DNA of 63,299 nt, counting the filler, from Rhabdomonas costata (taxonomy: Eukaryota): NCBI GenBank assembly GCA_019059605.1. It is 50 parts of 50 records of this genome, joined end to end, with 100 filler letters (N's around TTAATTAATTAA, not from the genome) between each part and the next. Parts side by side here need not be neighbours in the genome. Positions count along the whole stretch, not along the records: positions 35,514 to 36,681 come from JAHMHO010025316.1; positions 36,782 to 37,949 come from JAHMHO010025317.1; positions 38,050 to 39,217 come from JAHMHO010025318.1; positions 39,318 to 40,485 come from JAHMHO010025319.1; positions 40,586 to 41,753 come from JAHMHO010025320.1; positions 41,854 to 43,021 come from JAHMHO010025321.1; positions 43,122 to 44,289 come from JAHMHO010025322.1; positions 44,390 to 45,554 come from JAHMHO010025323.1; 42 more parts are not named here. The stretch is one strand, 5' to 3'. Below, piece by piece: positions 36,364 through 47,966 of this stretch. The position numbers were made by a program, and so were the translations under genes. Every line of letters begins with the position of its first letter. The first letter of the stretch is position 1. The notes below the pieces were generated by a model that was given only the letters and a program-made list of their open reading frames with translations, was not told the DNA's origin and did no database searches.

Positions 36364-36859
36364 CTTTTTATTCATATCGCCATGGACACGTTTGTTTGGA
36401 ACACCAGAAAACTGAAGCAAAAAATGCTGCAACTCCTAGATAACACGAAAAATATACCCTATTCCAGACAAATTACCTCAATTTTCAGAGTTATTCGGTT
36501 TCAGAATCAGCCCTTCACAACGATAACTACATCGTTTGCTCACAGGAACTTTATTCATCTCGATTTGGTGTGGATGCAACACTTGCCAAGATGGAGAGAC
36601 GAACAACCACAAAGAAAGATGAAAGTCAAGGCAAATCTTTTACCCCCAGAAACTCCAACCAATGTTACCCCCAAAAACCACNNNNNNNNNNNNNNNNNNN
36701 NNNNNNNNNNNNNNNNNNNNNNNNNTTAATTAATTAANNNNNNNNNNNNNNNNNNNNNNNNNNNNNNNNNNNNNNNNNNNNGGTTTGGTGTACATGGCAA
36801 TGAGAGCCAGATAGGTAAAGCTGAAGTGGTTGGATTATTGAACATGTTTAAAAATTCAA

Positions 36860-37035
36860 GTGCAGCTGGATATCAGTAAACATGTTGTATGAGAGAGTGT
36901 GAAAACTAACCATTAGAATATGAAGCGTAGCTACATCGACGACATGGTCAACTTCTTTGTGGCCCCAAGAAACGGAGTGGAGTTGTGGTAGGAGTCTTGG
37001 TGTTATGAGTTCTGGTTTTTGAAATCTAGTATTTG
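36860..37035 (+). mobile_element. Possible heavily decayed non-LTR RT relic
   Basis: One frame, interrupted by stops, reads VQLDISK ... SYIDDM ... KSSIW. The spacing is much shorter than in an intact RT. Confidence 0.3.
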
Positions 37036-38608
37036 GAGTTCTTGCATTTTGATTTCCGGTGGTTCAGTATTGGTATGCATTGTGTATCGGAGCGGTACCT
37101 ATGGATGGCAAATGCGTGAGATGGTTGCGTAGTTGTATGCACGTGTATTTGGTCTTCTGTCTCAGAAGCGGGTATTCTACGGCCTCGGTCTTTGGTAGTT
37201 CATTTGTGTATCTGGTATTTGTGGTGTATTTGTGTTTGTGGTATTGAGTGGCATATCTAGCAGTGGAATTCTAGCCAATACAGGGGACTATGAATGCCTA
37301 AACCAAGAAGAACGCCTCTGGCGAAGCTATCACTTCGTTCCTCCAGCTACTTCTACTTCGTTCGTAATTTTAAACCACTCATCTTATACTCAGCGTGCTT
37401 TGCCGCTTGCCTGCTACGAGACAGTGAAAAGTGGACCGCTGTGCCGACAGTATTGTAACAGAGCAGTAAATTAATAAACAATCTGTGATATGCGCTTAGC
37501 ATCTATATCGGAAAGAACAGTATGAAATACAAAGCGGTCCGGAACTCGAAGAATATCAAGAAGAGATGACAGGTAAATTTTATGAATGCGCTAAACAAAA
37601 TGTGGCCGAAAAACAGGTAATGGCGCATCATAACGAAGATCACTGTCACATGCCGATTGAAAGGAAGTAAAAGTGCACCAAACAAGCACAAATCTGTGAG
37701 GAGGAAGCACAGCATTGATCACTACAGCATGAAAATAATCAAGGAGCACAACCTTCCAAACATCAGTCGCGTTGTAATTATAAGCAGGAGAGTCCAACAC
37801 AGTTGGCGCTAGCATCGGCACGACAGGAGTAACTTAGTTTGCAAATGAATGAACCACGGATAAAGTATTTTCTGCCGTTGCCGAGCTCGATAGTGTATCA
37901 GAGGCAGTGACGCGGTCAACCACACTAAGAGCGAGAACTCAAACCCAACNNNNNNNNNNNNNNNNNNNNNNNNNNNNNNNNNNNNNNNNNNNNTTAATTA
38001 ATTAANNNNNNNNNNNNNNNNNNNNNNNNNNNNNNNNNNNNNNNNNNNNGGGGGTTGGGGTTGAAATGAAAACGCGGTTTTCTCGGAACGGGCGGGATGC
38101 GTGCGTGTATTGTTTAAGAGTGAAGATGTAAAGCGGCTGTGAGAGACACCCGAAACGCTTCGGGGACAGGCAAAACGTCAGTTCTAGACCACCAAAAACT
38201 AAAACGCAAGAGTCTCATAGTCTGGCGAGGCCAAGCAAGCAGTTCCAGGGTTGAAACCTCAGCCGAAAAGATCAGGGGCAGTCACCCCTCCCAGAGACCG
38301 AACGTTAAGCTCAAAACTGGAGTGGTTCGTTTGGCCCCTGCCTCAAGGCTGAGATATAACACTATATAACACCTTACAGTTTTCGACGAAAAACTTGCGG
38401 CCTGGGGTGCACTTTTACCCATTTCAGCCCTGCGCACTGAGCTTTCAACCGGGGCTGCTTACCACACTTAAGGCCTGCCTATATATATAGCTTTCCTTAT
38501 GGGCTTTTTTATTGAAGAAAGAACAAAGAACGCACGCTAGGGTGTCAGCAAGGCTTCCCAACCAAGACCCAACACTAGCCTTTTTCGAATGGGTGGGATT
38601 CGCTTCAG

Positions 38609-38762
38609 ATCGAGGTCAAGGACAAGAAGAAGACCGTGATTGTGGACAAGGACGAGCATTTCCGCCCCGGCCTGACCCCTGATGCCATCGCCAAGCTTCC
38701 TCCCGCCTTCATCCCCGTGGTGGGTACGGTTACTGCTGGGAACTCCTCGGGCATCAACGACG
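38609..38762 (+). CDS. Thiolase (second paralogue), single exon
   Basis: ttcag|[52 protein letters not shown]|gtgcgt. Confidence 0.92.
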
Positions 38763-39319
38763 GTGCGTCCCGCCCAAGAAACCCATGCCACCCAAAGAAG
38801 AGAGTCGGGGGAGGGATTCCGGTGAAAGTCCAGGAAATTCCGATGTGGTGGAGGTGAGACATTGCTGAAAAAGATGTGTTTGCTTAGCGTGAAACAAGCC
38901 GCAAACTGTGAACGGAGTTCTATAGTTTTTGAGGAAGCGGTTGTTCAGGCGACTGAAGCGCTCAAGTCGGATTCCCAAATTGAGTCCCACATTCCAAGAC
39001 AGGCTTGTCAACCATTCAAATTCTGACGCTCCTCCCTGGGGAACGACGTGCGTACGTATGATGAACGGTACACCTCCCCTGCTGGGACGGAGGAGTGCGT
39101 CCAGTCACCCTTACGGCTCAGCTGTGTTAGCTGAAAAAAAACTTTTCGCATACCACTTACCAAAACTCTCCTACTCTTGCGATGGTAACGCATAAATGGA
39201 ATAATACAACCACCAACNNNNNNNNNNNNNNNNNNNNNNNNNNNNNNNNNNNNNNNNNNNNTTAATTAATTAANNNNNNNNNNNNNNNNNNNNNNNNNNN
39301 NNNNNNNNNNNNNNNNNGT

Positions 39320-39815
39320 TGGTTTTTCAGCGGCAGGTGGTCCAGAGAGATTCGGAGCAGGAACGCTCTCCGCATCACCCTTGGGTCTTTTTGTGCTGGA
39401 GGAGGAGGTGGTGGAGGTGTAGCTGCTGCCACTGACCGAAGAGCTTCTGGTACTGGTGCTACTGCTTCTGGTGCTGCCGCTACTACTGCCTCCATCACTG
39501 CTTCCATCCTCAGAGGGCCGGTCGCGGCCGGTCGTGGTGCCCACATGAAGAGGAGCAGCCAGGCCACCCGTGGCGTCCGCGGGAGTCTGTGCGGTGGTGG
39601 GGAGCGATGCTTTGGCTTGGATGGGTGGACAGGCGAGAGCAAGGGCCTGGGCCAGCCATAGCGGCATGGCCGAGGGAAGTGCATCTGCTGAGGAGGGAGG
39701 CCATGGGGGCTGCCCATGATTCCCCGCGAGGAAGGGTGGGGCGGAAAAGGTCGTGGGGTCCATGGCCCGCCCGGAAGTGTCCTGCCAAGACCACACCAAT
39801 GATACCCCTTCAATT
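39320..39815 (-). CDS. Pro/Ser-rich low-complexity hypothetical protein exon
   Basis: Long open frames run to the contig end (SSDGGSSSGSTRSSSTSTRSSSVSGSS). The frame is ambiguous. Confidence 0.35.
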
Positions 39816-40989
39816 TTGCAGATAGGAGGAAAGCAGTGCCGTGGAGAGGGCAGTGACGAGTTGGAGTGAAAAAAAGGGGTGTGACAGCATCCCGTGCGAT
39901 TATAGTGCTCGAGTGCTCAATTTGATCTTCTCTTCAGAAACATCATGCGCCATTCCCATGCACTCCTAAATCAACGACATGATTCAGGGCACTTGGACAC
40001 GTATCACATTTTCGACCACTTTCACCGCTGTCCCTCCTCGCGGAGCTCTGCAGCAATGGAAAACCAAACAGCACGGCCTTCCTCAGACCGAGAAAACTGC
40101 CCCGGTCTAGCAAGCTTCAAAAGATCACAGACCTGCCCATAACCGAGGTCCCGGGAAACCCAAGGGGGCACTGGTGCCGTGCGCGGCTGATCCGCAAACC
40201 GCATATCGCCCGCGTGGCCTTCCGGCTGGGGCTCCCACTGGGATGCCCTCGTCGTGCCGACCGGGCGCCCCGCGGGTCCATCCATGGGGCGCCCACTGTC
40301 CTCATACCTGCCCGTGGGCAGATCACTGCTTGGAGGAACCGCACTTCTCGAAGCAGAGGATGGCCTTTTTGTGCGTAATTACTGATGGAAAACAGACCTC
40401 AACTTCCCGCACCACTTTTCCCAGCATTGGGGTAGGGAATGCCTGTCCGTTTGCTCTGCTTCCGGTGTCTGCCTAACACCAACAANNNNNNNNNNNNNNN
40501 NNNNNNNNNNNNNNNNNNNNNNNNNNNNNTTAATTAATTAANNNNNNNNNNNNNNNNNNNNNNNNNNNNNNNNNNNNNNNNNNNNGGGGTTTGGTGCATT
40601 GGAGCTGCAAAACAGCTGCTGATACATTTCACAAGCAGATTTTTATCATCTGGAACCGAAAATTTATCTGAAGCAGCCTGATGGTTTTCGAGAACGAGAG
40701 AAGTTGACTCAGGCTCCAGAACAAGTTCCTTATCGGCAGGATGGCGTGGGCTCAATGTCATTAAGCTTCCTGTTATGTACACATTCAGAATCTGGAAGAG
40801 ATAGAGGAATGGATGACACTAAACTTCCAGTTGATTCTTCCCAGCCTAGTCTGTACTTTCATATCCACCAAGTTATTCCTTGGTTGAATTGATAAAGGAA
40901 AGTATACAGAACACAATGTTAAGAGGAGTTTAAATCACACGCAAGAAACGCCTTACATGCAACTACCATATACCCCATTGCACAAAATC

Positions 40990-41165
40990 ATAGTACGTCA
41001 CTTTTAGGGTATTCCCATTCGCTACATTCACATAAATCTGTGACTTTAAAGGCAATAATGTGTTGCCTGACTCACACACAAATTCCGCACTGATGAAAGA
41101 GTCATAAGATCCAGATTTCAGCAAAGCAAAGTGTGCAGTCGCTACAAATTTCACTGACAGAAAAA
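40990..41165 (-). mobile_element. Decayed LTR-retrotransposon (Ty3/gypsy-like) aspartic protease
   Basis: ALLKSGSYDSFISAEFV...IYVNVANGNTL resembles retropepsin ALLDSGAxxSFIS...VxVANG, with the catalytic Asp lost. Confidence 0.6.
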
Positions 41166-41859
41166 TCAAAGGCATTTGCTACACGTCACGTGACTGTGGT
41201 GTTGCTGAAGTCAACGAATCTGATGTATGCTTCGATGGTTCCTCCATCTTTACGTACAAAGGGGCTGCAAGCCTTACATAGAAATCGGAGATGTCAATCT
41301 GGAGCATTGGGTTGCTAACTTTGTAGAGGTCAATTCTGACGACCTCGAAGATACCGGAGCTGCCTGTGCGGACGAGGGACATACTGTAGGTGTGTCATAA
41401 GTCAACACTGGAGCGTCCCGTATCGGATCGGCTTTTACATTGTCTCGTACTTGTTGTCATACTGCATCAGCCGCTTGTTCTGGTTTCAGGCCTGTGGGTG
41501 TCCTGGAAATCGATTTTGCTTTGATTTTTATGAAACAAAACTTACATCGGATGTTACGTGAGAACCTAATGTCTCCAGCATCTGATTCTCTCTGCAAGAT
41601 GTCTTGAATTACCAAAACGGACTCCACTCATTGGTGTGCAGGTGAAACGGTGCCGGGCAATAGGAATGATATTCGGGAATGAGATTGCTTTTTAAACTGG
41701 CAAAAAGCTCAATATCATGCTTCCTAATGCATCGGCACCGTTTCACCCCCACANNNNNNNNNNNNNNNNNNNNNNNNNNNNNNNNNNNNNNNNNNNNTTA
41801 ATTAATTAANNNNNNNNNNNNNNNNNNNNNNNNNNNNNNNNNNNNNNNNNNNNGGTTGT

Positions 41860-42642
41860 CAGGGGCTGGGACTGGCCACTCTCTGGGGCGCAGGTGGCGC
41901 TCCAGGAGAGCCGGCGGCCGCCCAGCACGGGAGTGGAGACCGCGGTGAGGGTCTGCATGGGGGACAGCGTGGCCATGGCGAGGTTCTCCGTATGAATGAT
42001 GTTGAAGCCTGCAAAAAAGGGAAGCAAAGTAGAGCAGCGAGAGAGAGCGAGGCAGTCGGGAAGGGGGGACGAGGGGCTTCTGGACAAGGGTAGTAAGCCA
42101 CTCTGGAAAGCACCAAAAGGATGCTCATGCATGGTGAGAGGGAGATGGTATCGCGCCCAACACAATCCAACCATCCCGCCGCCGAGAAAATCGCCTTGGC
42201 ACGAGAGCAGAACATATCCACTATTCACTGGTGAAGGCAGATGGACGATGAGCACTGACAGAACAACTGCAAAGCTTAATTTCAGGCTCCACCACACCTT
42301 GACCCCGCCTCCACGCGGGAGATGGCCAGATAATTATGATGTGCATTCACTATTCTCGGAGGTCGCCGCTCTCTTCAGCAGTCGCCTTTGTCCTGACATG
42401 GACCATGTTTTCACGTTCAGTCGCCAACGCTGTCCTTTATTACTCTCTCTACGCTTTCGTGGGTGTGGCGGGCGGGATCCATTACCCAAAAACTGATTCC
42501 CTCCCTTTGACAGGGGAAGAGGACTACCTGACCAGTGTGTGGAGTCCTCGTCAGCCTCCCCAGCATCTTCCTCGTCAGAAACCTCGTCGCCTTGCGGCAG
42601 CATCATCGGCATCATCAGAGGCAGCGAGGGACTGCCAGTGGC
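41860..42642 (-). CDS. Hypothetical protein, exons 42642-42528 and 42008-~41860
   Basis: Both exons have polypyrimidine+CAG acceptors. The phase-1 donor joins them in frame (DEEDAGEADEDSTHWSG-FNIIHTENLAMATLSP). Confidence 0.5.
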
Positions 42643-43223
42643 CTGCAAACAAAATGGGAACTGGCAACGTGGGCAAAAAAAAAAGGCACCCTCTTTTGTT
42701 TGCCAGCTCAGAAAACGACGCAAATGTGTCATGACGAGCTTCGAGGAGGTGATACGGAGCCAAACACGCACCCCCCGATCTTGCCGAAAACTTGGCTTAC
42801 TTTCAGCAAAAGGTTACTCCACGGCTGAAGCTGCTGCGGACGGACCACACAGTAAGTTAAGGAGCCTGTTGAATTTTTTTTAGGAAGGGGGCTTAAACAC
42901 ATTAACACAACACTGCTAAACGTTTAACGCCCCACTCACAAAAAAAATCATTGTTCCAAGAAAAGGTCTGGTCCCTTCCGTAAGTGCGTAAGCTCTTCTA
43001 AAGTTGACCTTCACCAAAAAANNNNNNNNNNNNNNNNNNNNNNNNNNNNNNNNNNNNNNNNNNNNTTAATTAATTAANNNNNNNNNNNNNNNNNNNNNNN
43101 NNNNNNNNNNNNNNNNNNNNNTTGTTTTGGTCGGAAGGAACGAAGGAACCTCCAGCGCAGCCAAGTACAGTCAATACAATCCGTCCGACCAGAAGTGCCA
43201 AATTCCCATTCCTGCGTCCTTCC

Positions 43224-43334
43224 CTACAAGTTGGCCATGATGTACTGCTCGGCGTCATCCAAGGCCCAGTGGTGCTCCACCAGCTCCAGGTTCTCCGACT
43301 CGCTCTTGAAGGCCTGGTTCATGTCAACCGTTCC
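43224..43334 (-). CDS. EMC3: ER membrane protein complex subunit 3, terminal exon
   Basis: cgcag|GTVDMNQAFKSESENLELVEHHWALDDAEQYIMANL* matches the conserved EMC3 C-terminus (KAFKxExExLxLxxHxWALDD). Confidence 0.85.
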   Translation of the reverse strand, partial: GTVDMNQAFKSESENLELVEHHWALDDAEQYIMANL

Positions 43335-45100
43335 CTGCGATGCAACCGAAAACAGGGGAGACGCACGTGGTGCCACCACTCCATATGTGAAATATTCGAT
43401 GTTCATGTGACGGCCAGAGCCCTCCACACGCTGCTGTGTAAGTGTACCCCGCGAGAATTCACACACACACTCGCTCTCTCTCTCTCGACGCTGGATAGTG
43501 ACCCTGACTACTGCAATAATTTATTCTACACGAACGAGTGTATTTTTTTACAATACAACAGCAGACACATAAACGTGTTCAAGCACATCTGACCATCTGG
43601 TTCCAGAGCTTGTTCCGCGACACAGATTCACAGAAGCACGAAACAACGCCACAGAACCTTGGGAGTGGGAGAAACGGGGGTGTTTCCTTGACAAGGAGAG
43701 TGCGCAAGGAGAAAATACCAAAGTGAGGGGGAGGCAAACACAAGACGTCCCCCCGCCAACCAACTGCTGCCCTCAACGAACGGCCTGAAGAGCTGCCATT
43801 TGGTGCAACACAGAGATGGTGATGGCGCGACAAAAACAGCGGAGAACGAGTGTATGGGCGGAAGGGAAGAGTAAATAAAGGCATTCACTGTGATTAGAGG
43901 ACACTGTCCTGCACGTATGGAGGTGTCACGCAAAGGCTAATGATAATGATGCAGAAAGGGAATCTGAAATGAGGCGGAAGACATCCTTTGCTCTTTTCTC
44001 TCGTGGTACTCACGGGCTCTTCCTTTCTTTTTGCCTTTTTTTATTGAATGTGAGCACACAAAACCTTCTGAAACTAAACCTGCGGAAAACCGGTAACTTT
44101 GGTTAGACCCCTCTCCTTTTCTCCTTTGAGGAGTGTTTCGTTATTCGAAGCCAGAGCCCACCGAAGCCCAAACTGTTCCGTTTCATCTGGGGCACGTGCG
44201 GTCGCTCGGTTCGGTCGGAAGTTGAAGAATACACTCCTCCAGCTGACGTTCCCCCCAAAAAGCAAGACCTGGGTGACCTAAACACCCACNNNNNNNNNNN
44301 NNNNNNNNNNNNNNNNNNNNNNNNNNNNNNNNNTTAATTAATTAANNNNNNNNNNNNNNNNNNNNNNNNNNNNNNNNNNNNNNNNNNNNGGTTGTGCTTA
44401 TGTGCTGGGTGTGTGGGAAGGTGGGTGGATAAGCGGGCGGATGAGTGGGTGGGAGGAAAATAATTCAAAAAATTTAAATGCATAGCTTTTTTTTGGGCCC
44501 ATCATCGAGGTGGTGACTCCTCTCCGGGCCTTTTGTTTTTTTGTCACCAGGTCTGAGCCGAGCAAGAAGAGAGAGAGAGAGGCGTTGCTCCAGCCAAGGC
44601 CACAATGGGAACCCGTACTTCAATATTCCCTTCTCTGAGCAAATGCTAACACCGCATCCGCTTGCCAGGCTCAGTGTTGGCGCAGTTACTGGCTCCGAAC
44701 AGAAGCGTATCTGGAAACATTGAGATTGAGGGTCTCAGCGGACCACCAACTCCCCCACTCCCCCCACTCACCTCCTGCGACCATATCACTCGGGACGAAA
44801 AGGCTTTTAACGCATTTCAGACAAACTTAACGAAGGCGATGCTCTGAGTCGCTTCACATAGTGAATCATTCGAAACGAAGTTTTTTTCACAGTGCACAAC
44901 AGTGTGCGTGATGCCCAAGGGGCTACGGCCGCTGGGGTCGGGTTGAGTCGGTGAGCTCCTGGCAGAGGAAGCCATCGAATGGAAAGGATGTGAAAGGCTG
45001 CTGTTGTTGGTGTTTGCTTGTGCTCAGGATGTGGACAAAAGCTCGAAAACCAAAAACCCTTTATATCCTCACGTGCTTTTATGTGACTTGCGCAGGGCAG

Positions 45101-45251
45101 GTTCTGCGACCGTCGGACTTGTCCACGGTGGTGGGGTTCCTGCGAAGGAACTTTGAAGAGTCCCTGCTGGACTGGCTCTTCGTGGACCCGCTGACGACGG
45201 CCCACACCCCCAGCCTGTTTCAGCATGTCGGGTGGATCAACTCTCATCCCG
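45101..45251 (+). CDS. Exon of hypothetical protein
   Basis: cag|VLRPSDLSTVVGFLRRNFEESLLDWLFVDPLTTAHTPSLFQHVGWINSHP, GC3-rich, with a probable G|gcaag donor. Confidence 0.5.
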
Positions 45252-47009
45252 GCAAGCTTGTGTTAGCCTTAGCCACAACTCGTCGTCGTCGTCGTCATTG
45301 GCCGGTTGCAATGGTGATTATCAGTAGACAAACACAAGACGGTCATGCATATCTCTTTATGCATAGGTTGCGACAGATGTGGTGGATTTGTTGAGACACC
45401 GGCACCCCTTCCCATCTCTGCCATCTGGCGCCATCTCCGCAACTAATAAAAACTCAAACTCAAAGCCCCAGCGATCAACCCAAACTTTTCAAAATTTCCC
45501 CCAGAGAGCAATCTTGATCTAGGGAAACCGAAGGAAAGATGGAGGGAAACTGTTNNNNNNNNNNNNNNNNNNNNNNNNNNNNNNNNNNNNNNNNNNNNTT
45601 AATTAATTAANNNNNNNNNNNNNNNNNNNNNNNNNNNNNNNNNNNNNNNNNNNNGGGGGTTGTGAGACGGGACAAGGTTGGAGGGCTAAGCCGAAGCACG
45701 CCTGGGTCTTTCAGGTCTCCCGAAACACTGCGTGGATGGTCCTTCGGGTCAGAAGTTTCTGACCTGGCCGGTTGTGGTGTTCTTGGGCGGCTCTTTGGTA
45801 TCCTTTTGGTGCTTCTTGCCCTGCGCGGCGGAGGGTTTACGACAGCATTATTTACACAAAAACAAAACCACTCCGAACGGGGCCAGGCAACTGGCTCTTG
45901 GCTGCCTGAAGCCGGCAAGCAACACTGTATTCAGGGCTGGGGCATCCCATCCGGGGAGGGAGCGACGAGCGGCTGTGCCGGGACTGGGCAGCTAAAGAGT
46001 GGGCGAGGCGCTGGTGCTAGCGCAGGGGGTATTGGGTCTCCGGGCGATGGCTGCAGCGCGACCACGTCGGCGAACGGGAGGCCTTCGGCGCGGGCCACAG
46101 GCACTGCCTGCCTTTATCCTTCGGGGGTGGGCTTCTCGGCAGGCACCTCGGCAGGCACACGTCAAAAGAGGAAAACACAACAAAAACAGAGAAAAAGTTC
46201 GCCCTGAGGGAGACCCCCACTTGCCCGCGGAACAAAAGCGGATGGGTGGAGGTCGAAAAAATGATTAAACTCAGTAATGAGTGAACGAAAGAAAAAAGTG
46301 GCCTTGGACACTTCAGAAGTCTTTTCACCTTCCTTCCAAAAGAATAAAGTTTCATATTTCAATTTTATTTTGTCAATTTTTTTTCATTTTTTCGTGGTCT
46401 TAGTTTTTGTCAAGCTTGCTCATCATCATCGAATCAGCGAATTGAATCGCATATGACAACAAACAAATAGCTGCACACCCGAGACTGAAGAAATGTTGTA
46501 CGTCCATCAGTTTCACAAAAGCAGTGCCTACACCGAGTTATGAAAGCTTTCTCTTGAATTAGTCTCCAGCAAATATTGCACCTTAGCGTCATTACGTCGT
46601 ATGTCTGATCTTAGCATGTTGGAAAAGGTATCCGCAGAGAACTTGTGTAAACATACATATAATTGACATTAAAGGTTATTTGCAATGTTTTGGGGCGTTT
46701 TTGGAACGTTTTTTAGGAATTGAACTGACTGAATGATATTTAACTTTTTACCGACACTTGTCGACACTGGCACTGGTACAGCAGTGCAGGGGGAAGAGAG
46801 GCACTGAAAGTAAACCACACACNNNNNNNNNNNNNNNNNNNNNNNNNNNNNNNNNNNNNNNNNNNNTTAATTAATTAANNNNNNNNNNNNNNNNNNNNNN
46901 NNNNNNNNNNNNNNNNNNNNNNGGGTGTGTTTAATCCAGAAGCCAGTGCATTCAGTGAGAAGCGAGTTTCTCTCACAAAATTGTCGCAAAAAGGTGAGGA
47001 ATCTCAAAC

Positions 47010-47966
47010 CCCAGGTCAAAGTTGTACATGGAGTACGTCAGCAGGATGTCATTCAGCGCAACCAGGTTGGGGTTGTCCAGCCCAGTCCCCTTGTTCCCTG
47101 TAGCCCGACCACCCACAATCCCGCCATCCGTGCTGCACGGGGCGTAGAACGGGGTGCACCGGTCGGTGCGGACGACATCCTTGTGGATCCTCCACTTGCG
47201 CTCATGGAACGGCGCAAACCGGGCCTCCTGAGAAAGACGGCGGTACGTGGCTGTGTTCCAAACTGAAGTATTGGTGAAACAGCGTAAAACGAACAAGAAT
47301 TCACCCAAACGAACAAACAAACGCACAACTCTCACACTGGGCTTTGTCCCACTAGGCTTTAGCACGGGGATACTTCGAGGACAGACAAAGGTTGGGAATT
47401 GGACGGCCGGGCTGGGCGGGAAGGAAACGTCGGTGTGTGGCTGAGGAGTGGGGCATTGAGAGATGTGTGGTGTTGCACGTTTGTTGTATCACAGACGAGG
47501 TTTAAACGCAAAGAGGTCCGTGATAGGACGGGACACAGTCGTGAACCGGGAGTGGGGGGGGGGGCGCGAGAGTATTTTTTGTGTGCAGGGTTTCAATCGA
47601 CACTCAGCCGGCAGAAATCCGTGGCACACGAACAATCGAAGCACACTCCACCACAAGACATTCGCCTTCTAGATCCCCAGGAGGCCACGGTTCTCCCATA
47701 AAGGGACACAAATAGCGACATCTCCATTCTAATCTCACAAGTCCTGTACGGGTCCACCTATTGCCCACATCCTCGAAGTGTTCCGCTGCACCACAGCAGG
47801 CGCCCCACCTGCTCCGGGGTTATGCTCTTCCACTGCCCTTTGTACTGGAGGTAGGCCTGGCGCATGGCCTCGCGGTGCTCCACGCAGCGCTTCGCGGACC
47901 ATCCAGGCTGGTAGAACCCCAGAAGGTACCTCCACACCTCGCCCCGCACGGCCTCATCCACGCCCC
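47010..47966 (-). CDS. TBC-domain Rab GTPase-activating protein (TBC1D15/17, Gyp7-like), exons 47966-47809 and 47227-47010
   Basis: GGVDEAVRGEVWRYLLGFY...YKGQWKSITPEQ|EARF...IHKDVVRTDR...LNDILLTYSMYNFDLG. The catalytic IxxDxxR motif is intact. Confidence 0.93.
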
